Below, piece by piece: positions 9,383 to 20,000 of a stretch of DNA of 20,000 nt; the stretch's first letter is position 1, and the number at the start of each line of letters is the position of its first letter. The position numbers and the translations under genes are program-made. Where the stretch lies: contig JYFJ02001449.1 of the NCBI GenBank assembly GCA_000934665.2, forward strand, positions 59,491-79,490, in the 5' to 3' direction. Below the pieces are notes generated by a model, which was not told the origin of the DNA, ran no database searches, and saw only the letters and a list, made by a program, of their open reading frames with translations. Source of the DNA: Catajapyx aquilonaris (taxonomy: Eukaryota).

Positions 9383-9388
<6 letters not shown>

Positions 9389-12300
9389 ATCTCATTCCTC
9401 CTTGGCCTGCTCCTCTCAATGCAGCCTTTCCTATCAGGCCCATCTCCTCCGACAGCTGGATTACCTCCCAGAAACGTATAGCATGCAAGGGCTATAAATT
9501 TCTCACCCATCTTCCCACTCCCTTTTCCCTTGTCAACAGCCGCCAAATGTGCGGTTCATTTTGCGAGAAAAAAAGTTTGAGAGGACGTGCCTTTTCACAT
9601 ACTTGGCTTTAAGAGAAAAATGTCAAGTTTTTGTTAAAACGTACGAATAATCCGAGACGGTACAGGATAATACTGCACGGGATCTATGATATTTTGAAGT
9701 ATAGAATTGTCATACGCAAATAGAGCTTGAAATACGCTATGCTTGTAATAAAATTCCCTGGCATCTGTACATGTCCTCCAGGGTCAACATAGCCGGGAGT
9801 GGCTGAAACACGTGGCCTTGCAGTCGTTTCTTGAGCAGCCTCTATACACTGAAATGGGCTTGATTTTTTAAGACCCATCTGGCGAATGTTTCTGGAAGCT
9901 TTACATGCGCATGCGCCTCCAGGTATGAGCAATCGAGATGAATTTTCCAGAAATGAAGCCCCGTGGGCCGTTTCATAGTCAGAATATTATTGCATTCTCT
10001 TCAAAACATGGGGGGTCCCCCCGCCCCACTGGGATTTGGCGACACTCCTCATTCAAACAGATGCAAAGTAGCTTTTTCTGCCCCCCTCCCACCCCCCCCA
10101 TCTGCCTTTATCCTTCCTTTGTGCATCCAAAATGACGCTTAGAGGTAATAGGATCAACGTCCTCTTTAGCTGGTTCGATGCGGCGGAATCCAGCCATTCA
10201 TGCTATTCAATAACGGCAGAATAAACGAGCCACGCCTATCCTGGGCCCTCTTTGAAGCCACTTTCCCCTCTGTTTTACATGCAGTGTCTTAAGGCAAACC
10301 GCACCTGCCCTCTGAAATATTCATTCTTCCCCCGGATGGTGCGCCTCAGCCTCCGAGATGGGCCAAACTGCCTTCTGCTATCCGCAGCCTGTCCAGGTAA
10401 CGCCAAAATATCATCCCTGCTAGGGTAGGTCCCCCGGATTTTCAATTTTTTAAAAGAAGAAGAGGGGGGGACCAGATGTTTATCGTACATCGCGTAATGG
10501 AAACATGGCAGGTGTTGCGCGGAAATGTATTGAGTTTTTAACGCCTTGGTCGCCATCTGTCTCAGGGATAATCCGGGTACGCCGTGACGACGGGTGTAAT
10601 TGGGAATTAGAACCTGGATAAGATGGTTTTCGTGCTCTTTTACAGGCTGTTTTTTTTCGAGGGGGTAAAAAGAGCAATCAGTTTACGCTTGCCTAATCTA
10701 AGGTGGCGTGAGTGGCGCCAGTAAACGAGTTGGCCCTCTTTCTACAAAAATTAGGATGGCGAGGAGGATAATTTCTTCGTCTTTTTTTTCGTACCAAAAT
10801 GCAAACGCCATTCTGCACGCGAAGTGTCATACGACATGAGGTATTGCGAGCTAATGGCTGAAATATATTTTTTAAAGGTGAAGTACCAAGTAGTTAAAGA
10901 TGAGGGCACTTGACCTGAATTTTACGTCTCAGTCAGGTGGTAAAACCACGCATCAGTGCAGTGCGATAGTTTTAAAAATTGATGCGACGTCGCTTGCAAT
11001 TTTCATTGCGACAAAAAATATATTGACTTCTTATTAGCAGCGGAGCCTGTTCTTCGCATGTCCTGTTTCCATGTAATCAACAACAATCAATCCTTTTTTT
11101 GATGCTATCGGTTGCCATGAACAAACAAACAAACTTTCCCTCATATTATTAGAGACTGTCAAAAACAACATGTAATCATAGAAATTTAATGATTTAATTG
11201 CTGCAAAGGAGTGTAGGGATTGCGACTGGAGAGAGTGATCCATCAGATTCCATCCGAATCTCTATATATATGAAATGAAGCTCTGTACCATCCTGTTCAT
11301 GGCAGGTTTACAGCTCCAGATTTAATTTTGGGCCATCCCTGTCTTGTTGCCCACGTGCCGGTCATTAAATTAACCGTAACGCCCTGTATTTTGTGCCAGC
11401 AGGGTCAGCATTATTTTCGGGTGACTCGCACATAACCGCGCAGCAGTGTCCACATTACGCCCATGCCTCTGCTGTACTCAATTTTGATTTTCGTGGCCCG
11501 TTTTTGACCTCCGAATCCAACCATCGGAACGTGTTATGCGGGTTGCCTTATGACAGGATACGTAATTAACCCCATTATTGATACCCGAGTGTGGAAGCTG
11601 GGTTGGGGGTGGGTATGCACATGGCCGGAAATTTTATCGTCCCCACTCCCTCTGAAAATTAACGGTAACCTCCATGTCGCGTTATCGTTGCGGGCGGCAA
11701 CGACAATTAACATTGAACGGTGGGTTTGTAGCCAACGTAGAAAAATTCCGGTGCGATTTAGTGTGTCAGGGGGAGATTTGGACCGCGGAGACCGACAATC
11801 CCCTATAAACCCACTGAAACGCCCACGCCGTAAAATTATATTAACGGAGCACCCCCGGAATTTATTGTCTGTGGAAACAAAGAAACACGCATAAAAAATC
11901 ACGCCGCATTTGCCGAACCCACAATTTTTTTTCTCTATAACGAGGACGAGGCTACGCTGGAATAACGATGTCCCATCCATTGTGATTGGAAACCCATCAA
12001 AAAAATACCCCTTCCGGTGTAATACTTTCGAGAGAAAAAAAAAATTGTTCATGTACCTACGGTTAATAATTGGGCTATCAGCGTATGCAGTGCCCGGAAA
12101 GCTGAGATTGCTCTTTATTTCGGTGGGAAGGTTTCACTTACTGCACCTTTAGAGCGGTGCTGGGGAATATGCATTGCGACCCCGGATCCATTCCGGATCG
12201 ACCCATGTAAACAAGGTGATCAAACAAAGGTTTGGTGCAACCGGAAAGGTCTGTGTAAACCACGTATGTGCTGAGGTTGCTTTACCTCTACACTACATGG

Positions 12301-13806
12301 CTCATTAAGTGTACGTACAGGTTTGCACATGATTGTAATTGAAGTGTTAGCCTCTTTTTTCCACTCTTAGGCAACATGGTATAGCCAGACACTTGAAACC
12401 GGGCCGTAATTCCGGTCAGGTCTAATTACTCTTCCGGAGTGAAATTCTCCAGTGGGCCTTGCCTTCCATGGAACACAAACCATATCACCAGCTGGAGAGC
12501 TCTATCCACTCACGTTTCTTGCGACCGAACATTTGACAACACTGACCTACATTCCCCAACCCCTCCACGATAAGACGGCGCAACAGCTCTCCATTTCGCA
12601 TGCTAATACACGTATTACTCGTGGACTGCAGTACTGCATCACTCTCGAATCAATACCTCAGGGACTTAGCCCTACATGTCCATGCATATGTTTTTTTAAG
12701 CTCAGAACTTCTGATGATGAGCAGTGACAAAAAGAAGCGGCCGGATTTTTTTTTTGTTCCTTTTATGGCGTACGGTCCTTGCTTTTGTGGTACCTCCGGG
12801 AGCTGTCCGGTTGCATCCGGATTCTGTGCCGGTCATGTTTCGAATTCCCTTCGGTGCGTCGCACTGGACGGAGCACGTACATTTTCAGACGAGGACAAAA
12901 AAAAGAAAGAAAGAAATATTGTGAAGGGCTGATCAAATTTTTATGCTTGCCAAGCGCCTTAAGAAGGGCTTGAGATTGAAGGGTGCACGCACAGGGCCCA
13001 TAAAATACGCTGTTGTCCTGAAGTACGGGAACCGGACTGCGTGGTCAGCCCCACTCGCTACAATCACCGTTCTGGACTAAAACTGATAAATTACGTTCCT
13101 CTCTGTACTGGCTCGCAAGCCACATTCAACAATAAGACTCGGCTCCCATTATTTGCGGTCCACGTCCTCGAATTAATGCCAACAGTAGTACCTCCTCTGT
13201 ATATACACCGGTGGTTATCCCCAGTGAATTATAGCCGTACAAGAGCCCACTTTTAGAGCCCCCTGCGATAATTAGTCGGCCAGCTTCAAGGGAGAAGGAA
13301 AAACAGTACTCCAGCAGATTTATTGGGAGGCCAGTCCTGGTATCAATTGTTGTTGTCTCGGAGTACACCTTGACAATCAAAAGAGAAGGGGGGGGGGGTT
13401 CTTTTCTTGCAACTCCGATTGAGTTACGTGCTTTGTCCTAATCCGCTCGGCAGGGGTTGGGGAGACTCTATATATTTTAAGAGAAAGCACAATGTGAAAG
13501 AGGTTGGGTTTTGTTGAGGGTGTTTTCGGGGGGGTCGTGATGAATGCCTGGCCTGCCTCCCAGAGTCCCTTGCCTTATTCTGGCTCATCTCCCACCCGAC
13601 TAAATGGCAAGTGCAACGCAACACGACCCGATCCTGGCTACGATCCTGCAAACTCATTCGACACTGCATGCTGGCCTCGCACTCTTCAGACCTGTGCAAG
13701 GTTTTCTCTGGCAGAGACTCAGCCAAGTTGCAAACCGGTTGTGGCAGCAAGGAAGCCAAAAAAACTGCAGAAATTTGAATAACGGCTTTGTCTAAACCTG
13801 CTAATG

Positions 13807-13823
13807 TACAGGGTGTTTCAAAA
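13807..13823 (+). mobile_element. Solo Tc1/mariner-like terminus (TA + CAGGGTGTTTCAAAA)
   Basis: Matches the TA|CAGGGTGT terminus typical of Tc1/mariner-superfamily elements and their MITEs. No partner terminus was found downstream. Confidence 0.35.
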
Positions 13824-14897
13824 CTTTGCTCTATGTGCTACAGGACCAGGTTGGGAGTTACAAATAATTGCGTGAAAATAAAATGGCGTGAAATTTTCAC
13901 TTTAGGAACATCCTTTGTGCTTGTATAGAAAGGTATTCATAACACTGCTCGGCATCGGAAATAAACGATTGGTATCTGGTTAGAAAGGCTCGTCGCGTTG
14001 ACGAATTGCAAAAAAAAGAGCGGGAGGATTGCAACCCCGGCGATATTTTCGCGAATCGATGCCAATATTATGAATAAATTGCCTTCAGCACATCTGGCGT
14101 TGATTCCTCTGAAAAGTTCAAACTCTGGTGTTTACAGTGCGCCACATGTTTGCAGTCCTGTCTGCACCGCATAGTTAGCGTAATAGTGTTTACCTACATA
14201 TTTTTTTTTTGTGCATCACACAAACACGAACAATTTGCTAACATAATTTTGTCGTCATGTACCCCTGCTGCGGGTGCTATTTAGTCTTTACCAGTGGACA
14301 TTATATGGAAATTAGTGTATGAATGTCACTTTTCATATAAAACACTACTTTTTGCAATGCTATTTACGCAGGGTTAGGTTTTCTTATTAAATAAACCAAT
14401 GGCGAGACCTACGTCCAAAAACCAGACCTATAAAAACTGAAATCCGTTACTGATTTTGTCCCTCAGGGAACCATTTTCAGAAGCTGGAGCAACAACATAG
14501 GAAATGTAATATTGATACCCAATCTCCCCCAGTTTTATTTTACAAAAGCCAATAGCAATTACCCTCGCCACATTTTTGCGAACTGTTATAGGCAGGCAGG
14601 GATAAAATGATTCCTTTTTTGCCACTATCAAATTACGGCCTACTAGAGTGAAATTTGGACAACGTAACGCGATACAGACTCAGGGCTGGGATAACAATGT
14701 GCTTTTATTTTGTATTAATTTAAAAAATAAGGCAACAAGCAGAGCTTTGAAAATTAAAACTTGTCGGCAATAACAAATCCTAGCAAACCTTATGTATTTA
14801 ATTGGAGGGTGTGCTAGTTACAATTCGCTTAAAAATTGGAATTTGCAACACACAAAATGCCTCTCAGGAATGGTCGAACAAGCCTTCCTCATTGTTG

Positions 14898-14974
14898 GCT
14901 TGTCCATTGCATTTACTTTTACCTAGACTGATGGGGGCCATCTGTCTAGGTAGAAGCAAATGCCATGGACATGC
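14898..14974. repeat. Long imperfect inverted repeat / hairpin (pre-miRNA-like or foldback element)
   Basis: Arms 14898-14934 and 14938-14974 pair with no gaps around a GGG loop: 32 Watson-Crick pairs, 1 G-T and 4 mismatches by hand count. Confidence 0.85.
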
Positions 14975-17457
14975 TCTCAGTTCGGAGAAAAAATCGGCCG
15001 CATTACACTGTACATGTTCCACCTATTTGTTCAAAAACTGATGCGTGTTCATCACAGTGTGCATTTTGGGCTATCAGCAAGGCTCGATATTATTTGGAGT
15101 ACTGTTTGACAGTACATTCTCATTGAATTTTTCTACGCCCCCTATCCCATTTCCAAATGTATACTAATGGAAATTTCACATACTGGTGTGTGCAACACTA
15201 CTCGCTAATTACGTATAACTTGCCGTATTGAGCTGAAGGTGCAAGTAAATATGACAACAACTTCGCGTCCCTCTTTAACACACCGGCACGTTCCGCGAAA
15301 TATTGCGCATATTTAGCATTCCGGATGTAGCAAGGGTTGGCATTACGAGGCAAGCAAGGAGGAAGAGAGGGGGGGCAGCAGGAGGGTTTTGAAGCCGCGA
15401 TGGGTTTACCAATAGGGGGGTCTCCCATCCGAGATGTGTTGTGGAGTCATCCATCCCCTTCCTATCTCACTAAAGCCCACTTTGCCCTCGTCCCAGCCGC
15501 ACAATCGATGCGTTTTGTTATGCAGCGAAGGGATGAAGATGTTTCATGCATGTTGCCGGCGAAAACCCGGAGGCAGCAGCCTGGGAGCTACACTACTTTA
15601 TTCCCACGGCACAGTTTCGTCAAAGGCAGTCTTTGCATGCACGTTTTCTTCTCCTAGGCTATGGTATACTCCGCCGCTCCAAACAAAAAAAGTACATGTA
15701 TCGACATGCTGTGCGCCAAGCCGTATGTGCATAAAAAGTTAACAATGCGGAAAAAAATATAAGGGTAATTAAAATTTTGGGCCATTGTAATCTCAAAGGG
15801 ATGTAGTATAATCCAGTGTATGAATGGATTCCAATTTCATTGGCAACAGAAAAATAGCATGGAGCACTCATTTTTTTTAGAGTGGATTGTTCTCTGCTGT
15901 GGATTTCCTTTCACTTTGTGCAGCTGGGGTGCGGTGGATTTAGCGTTAATTCAATCAAAATGTTTTGCAAGTGTGAGTTCCGCCTAGCAATCCCCCTACC
16001 AACAGTAAGAGATAAAGTCGAGCTTTGATCCCTGGAATTAGGCGCAATATTAATCCGGGTTGATGAATCGTTAATTTTTAATCTTTACGGGCCCAATCAA
16101 AACAGTTCGACGCTGAATGACACTGGCCCAATCCGACTTTTGGATGTTTGCTGGAGGGGAAAAGCGTTTTTATTGCCAAACGCAACGCCAGCCCGGTTAA
16201 CCCCCCGCAAAACTGCTATAATACTTTTAAGCCGAATCCGGCATCCAGAAAACTCGTTCAAGGGACGTTCACTTTTTAATTAAATCCTGGCAAACGTGAA
16301 TCAACTCCCAAATATTCAAACTCGTAATCCTATTTATTCAGGGAGTAATCAATGAAAATTAATTTACTTATTTGTTTCGCACATTTATTTGTAATTATGT
16401 ATCCTACTATCAATCAAAAATTGAAGTGTTTAATCTGGTGAGCATTAGACGACTGCTATTTCCATTTTTATCCAACAAATGATCAGCTAAAAGCACCATG
16501 CGAAGGCATGGATGGAGCTGCAACAAGGCTTGTGTCGGCCCATTTTTGCGATCATAACAAGAGCAGACAGGGGGCGGCCCCGGGGTTAAATCCCGCTTCG
16601 AGAGAGGCGTCCCCACAGACGTTATCGGCAGCTCTTTCGAAGGGCCATTTATAACTCCTACACGAATTATTAACACCCCATGCTGCTAAGTCTCCCATTC
16701 ACTTGCCGTCAAGAATCATTACCCGTGTTATACAGTCAGGACAATAAGTGACGTCCACGTCTTGGTTTATTGCTGGAGCTGAGGCAACTAACGCCATAAG
16801 GAAGTGGGACTTTATATTCAGCGAAATTTTTGCTGATATTTTTTTCAGCTAAGTAACTGGCGACTCCAACTCAGTGAAAAATCACTCCCGATAAATCTGT
16901 AAACGTAATTATCTTTCCGGCATGATTGATTCGATGACATGACTGACACGTAACGCCTAGGCATTAAGGCTGCATGACCGACGATTTATCACAGCTAACT
17001 GCAGGGAGGGAAAAGCTGGAAGGGGGAAAAAAAATCTAGGACATGGGCAGAAGGGGGAGGCTGTCTCACACAATTTTTTGTCACACCCCCTCCCCTCTCT
17101 GTCAGAAGCTGTTTTCGTGTCAAGCGACACTCGTCAATACCCCTGGTGTTGATCCTGCAATTTTTTTGTTAGGAAAAAAAAACCTTTTCTGGGCGTTAGA
17201 AAGCACATTTCTAAATATTTTTTTCCAGTGTTGTTGTCTCCCATCGCCCAAGTTTTGCTTTTGGATTAAATTCGGATCCTCTCATTATCCCTAATGCGTG
17301 TCTGGGGATACCGCCAGAGGTAATTGCACCCTGCGGTCTTCAAGTTCATCCCTCGGGTCCAACTCCAGTCTGGATAAACAGTCTCGCGCAGTGGAGGTAA
17401 ACCACACCTGCAACTTCTCTCGTCCTTGCAAAATGAAGCCAGCCAGCCTTTTGAGGT

Positions 17458-17485
17458 GGGTGAGGGTGGGGGTGGGGGTGGGGGG
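17458..17485 (+). other. G-quadruplex-forming motif
   Basis: GGG-TGA-GGG-T-GGGGG-T-GGGGG-T-GGGGGG; five G-runs with short loops. Confidence 0.7.
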
Positions 17486-20000
17486 AGGCGAAATCCGGAA
17501 AACGTTTGACTTGGAAATCATCTACACAAATCGCCCGCCGACACTTGGGGCGAGGAGTTTAAAGGGATGGCCGACCGAATTTGGTGGTGGATCAAAGCTC
17601 GGATCAGGAATATTATATAGGCCTATCTCTAAAGTTAGCAAAATCTAGTGATATGAAAGTGTCAGCCTTAATATTTGGGCAGAGATAATCCTGGACATTT
17701 AATGAACAATTTTTTTATATTTATAAATGATTCATTATACAGGGGAAATGGATTTGTATATTTAATGTACGGCTTACTTTGCACTTGCATAGTCAATTCT
17801 CATTAGTTAGAGTTATTATTTCTGAGTTAACAAATGATAAAAAGTTATTGAGGGACAGAAAAGTGTAAAAATTAAATTGCATAATGATAAAGGCAGAATT
17901 TATATAGTATATTGCGTCTACATGTAGATGTTGTTATTTTAACTTAATTTGTTGTTAATTAACTCTATAATCATTAATATAAAATGTTTGAGTTCTAGAT
18001 ATGATCATCATAATTTTATTTCTGCTTTATATCTTTGAAGTTAGCTTTATCGTCACTTATTTTAAAAACGTACTGATCGATTGAGCTAGTGAGTAGAAAT
18101 AGCAATTACGAATAACGAAAATTTCAATTTCATGTCTAGTGCATTATTGCCTTTTCACTCAGACGATCCACAAAGGTTAACTTTCGGCAGGAATTGAGGA
18201 AGACGCCGCGGCAATGTTCGAATAATCCGCACATTTTTTTTCTATTTATGAGCACTGAAAATTTGCACAGTGCAACAAAGGCCTCACAAAGCTTTGCTAT
18301 TTCAATTCATACTGTGATGCACTCTGATTTGTTTCGCTTTGTGGCTTAAAATTAATACTCAAAATATGAAAGCCTGAAAATGTTGGTTTCGAAACGCCAT
18401 AATCGGGGTATTGATATTGCCTGGATGCACAGTGACTGGTTGGATTAGTTTCCAAGAAGGGGTTAACCTCGGCCAGTTACGATGCTTCAGGTGTGGCGTG
18501 TGATTAGTGCCGTCATTAATGATTTTCAGTGCTAAGTAAAATAGTCTTTTCGAGGCAACCATGAATTTATGATGCAACTACGCAAATGAATTAAAATATT
18601 GTTACAATTAATTTGGGGTTGTGAACACGTTCTTTGAGGTATTTTAAAAGTATCTGACATGATTGCATCACTACTTAATTTAAATACTTGTAGAAAGCGG
18701 ACACTGGCGTCATAAAAAAATAAAATCTAGCTGATTGAATTTAGACTCTCGGAGGTGATAAGTCGTGCCCTTAAACTACACAACTATGCTCCAAATTGCA
18801 GCAATAAACACTTCCGCATTTTAGACATAAATGCCTCAATTAGCTTCACTTATAATACACCCTGAAGGCTGCACATCTCCTGGTTATGCTTCCTAACTCT
18901 GCACCTAACTCTGGTCCAGAGACGGAGAGAAAACTTCCAGGATGATGAAGTGCACACCTAGATTAAATGCGGGTTACCAGCTGCTCTCTGAACCGCAAAT
19001 TCTCATCTCTGCGTCTGTATAAAGAACGCTCGGTATTTTTGAGTTCCACATCCCTCCAAACCCACCTCCTCTTACCTTAAAAAAAAGACAAGTGCCAAGA
19101 GAGGTAAATCGATAGAGAACCCGCCACCATCACATGCTCACCATCGCATTTTGCTCGACACCGCTATTAACTCGTCTCAAGGTATGCTGGTCAATATCAA
19201 AGGCCCTCAGGGGGGGGTAATTTTAAGGGCCGTTGACATAACGTCAACCTTTCAGAGGGGGAAAATGCGCATCTTCACATTGCGAAGGAAGTTGGGAGAA
19301 AAAAACACCTGTAAAACTTGTATACACATGGTGGTGCAGAATCCTTGGGTACGCAAAGCTTGCCTCAAAAACCTAGCTTCCCACCGAGTGCGGGGAATAT
19401 TCAGGAAAAGCTGCGTGCCGCAAATCCCGTAACCGACTGTACCACCAATTCGGCAAACAAATCGCAAATCCACTGGTTTTTGGGGTTCTACTAGGCCAAT
19501 TACTGCACAATTATTTGCGATGGCAGTCTCCTTTCCATGTCATTAGCTAAAAGGGCTTACAGGAAAGTCGTTTTTTAAACAAAATTTGAGTGAAAATATC
19601 ATGTTGTGGCCAATTACAGTGTCATATACTCTGTGGGATATTTTGTTGCATTAAGCTGATTTTCAGCAAGCAATTATATTAGAACAATTACTGTCTCAGC
19701 TATCAAAATAGTAGTTGCTAATTGTAGAGTGATTAGACATGTACCCTCATGCATTATTTTATTCAGTTTAATATTATCATACAATAATTATTTGATGTAT
19801 CCTCTAAAAGTTGCTGTTTAAAAAAATGAGCTTCGTGTGAACAAACTCCTAAAAATTTTAATTGGAACACACGTGTTCTACTACTTTACTGGGCTACTGT
19901 GTGCTGTAACCACTTTTATTTCCTTCAACGTTGTTTTCGTGCCGTTCAGCACTGCGCCCCCATTATTTTTGACAAACGACGCGACCGGTTGTTTACGGGC

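Noticed and set aside
11534..12052. Longest ORF (172 aa, - strand) and overlapping + strand ORFs
   Set aside because: No recognisable domain, composition driven by A/T runs, and no supporting splice signals. The length is compatible with chance.
13504..13782. 92-aa Cys/Pro-containing ORF in a GC-richer patch
   Set aside because: No recognisable motif and no flanking acceptor or donor. It is overlapped by equally unconvincing ORFs in other frames.
300..15608. Su(H)/CSL sites at 300, 892, 4424 and 15601
   Set aside because: Four dispersed sites in 20 kb is close to chance, and there is no paired-site arrangement.
15865..15884. ttttttttagagtg resembling a CACTA/EnSpm-like MITE end
   Set aside because: No partner terminus found, and too short to support alone.
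17291..17648. Overlapping 76-aa and 116-aa ORFs
   Set aside because: They run through a G-tract that gives low-complexity VGVGVG/PTPTPT translations, and there are no exon boundaries.
17650..18140. Strongly AT-rich block
   Set aside because: No periodicity or repeat unit seen; ordinary intronic low-complexity sequence.
18892..18913. cctaactctg duplicated with a 2-nt spacer
   Set aside because: Trivial local slippage duplication.
355..19667. Frequent TTTTCAG suggesting nematode-type acceptors
   Set aside because: About equally frequent on both strands and not followed by coding-like sequence, so it is compositional.
1..20000. CRISPR array, operon, retron or other prokaryotic system
   Set aside because: No regularly spaced repeats, no gene-dense coding and no long ORFs. 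The sequence is eukaryotic non-coding in character.

Overview
This looks like eukaryotic, probably invertebrate animal, genomic DNA that is almost entirely non-coding. The basis is moderate GC, many CpGs by eye, homopolymer and dinucleotide tracts, and no long ORF; the organism cannot be identified. None of the six-frame ORFs resembles a protein I recognise, and I found no prokaryotic features, CRISPR array, rRNA, intact tRNA or transposase. The best-supported structure is the 5' end of a + strand spliced gene. An ATG-free exon ends at a consensus donor (8441|GTAAGT), a 355-nt intron follows, and exon 8797-8919/8928 encodes a signal-peptide-like MRPIATSFVHLMATLVSLTQ(G). No convincing further exon appears in the remaining ~11 kb. 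That exon has two in-frame tandem donors and a uORF whose stop overlaps the main ATG. Other notable items are a ~37-bp-stem hairpin at 14898-14974, a perfect 17-bp-arm inverted repeat at 360-394, a candidate recursive splice site at 3974/3975, two solo Tc1/mariner-like termini and several enhancer-like motif clusters. I cannot support a claim of a new biological system; the findings are hypotheses to test.
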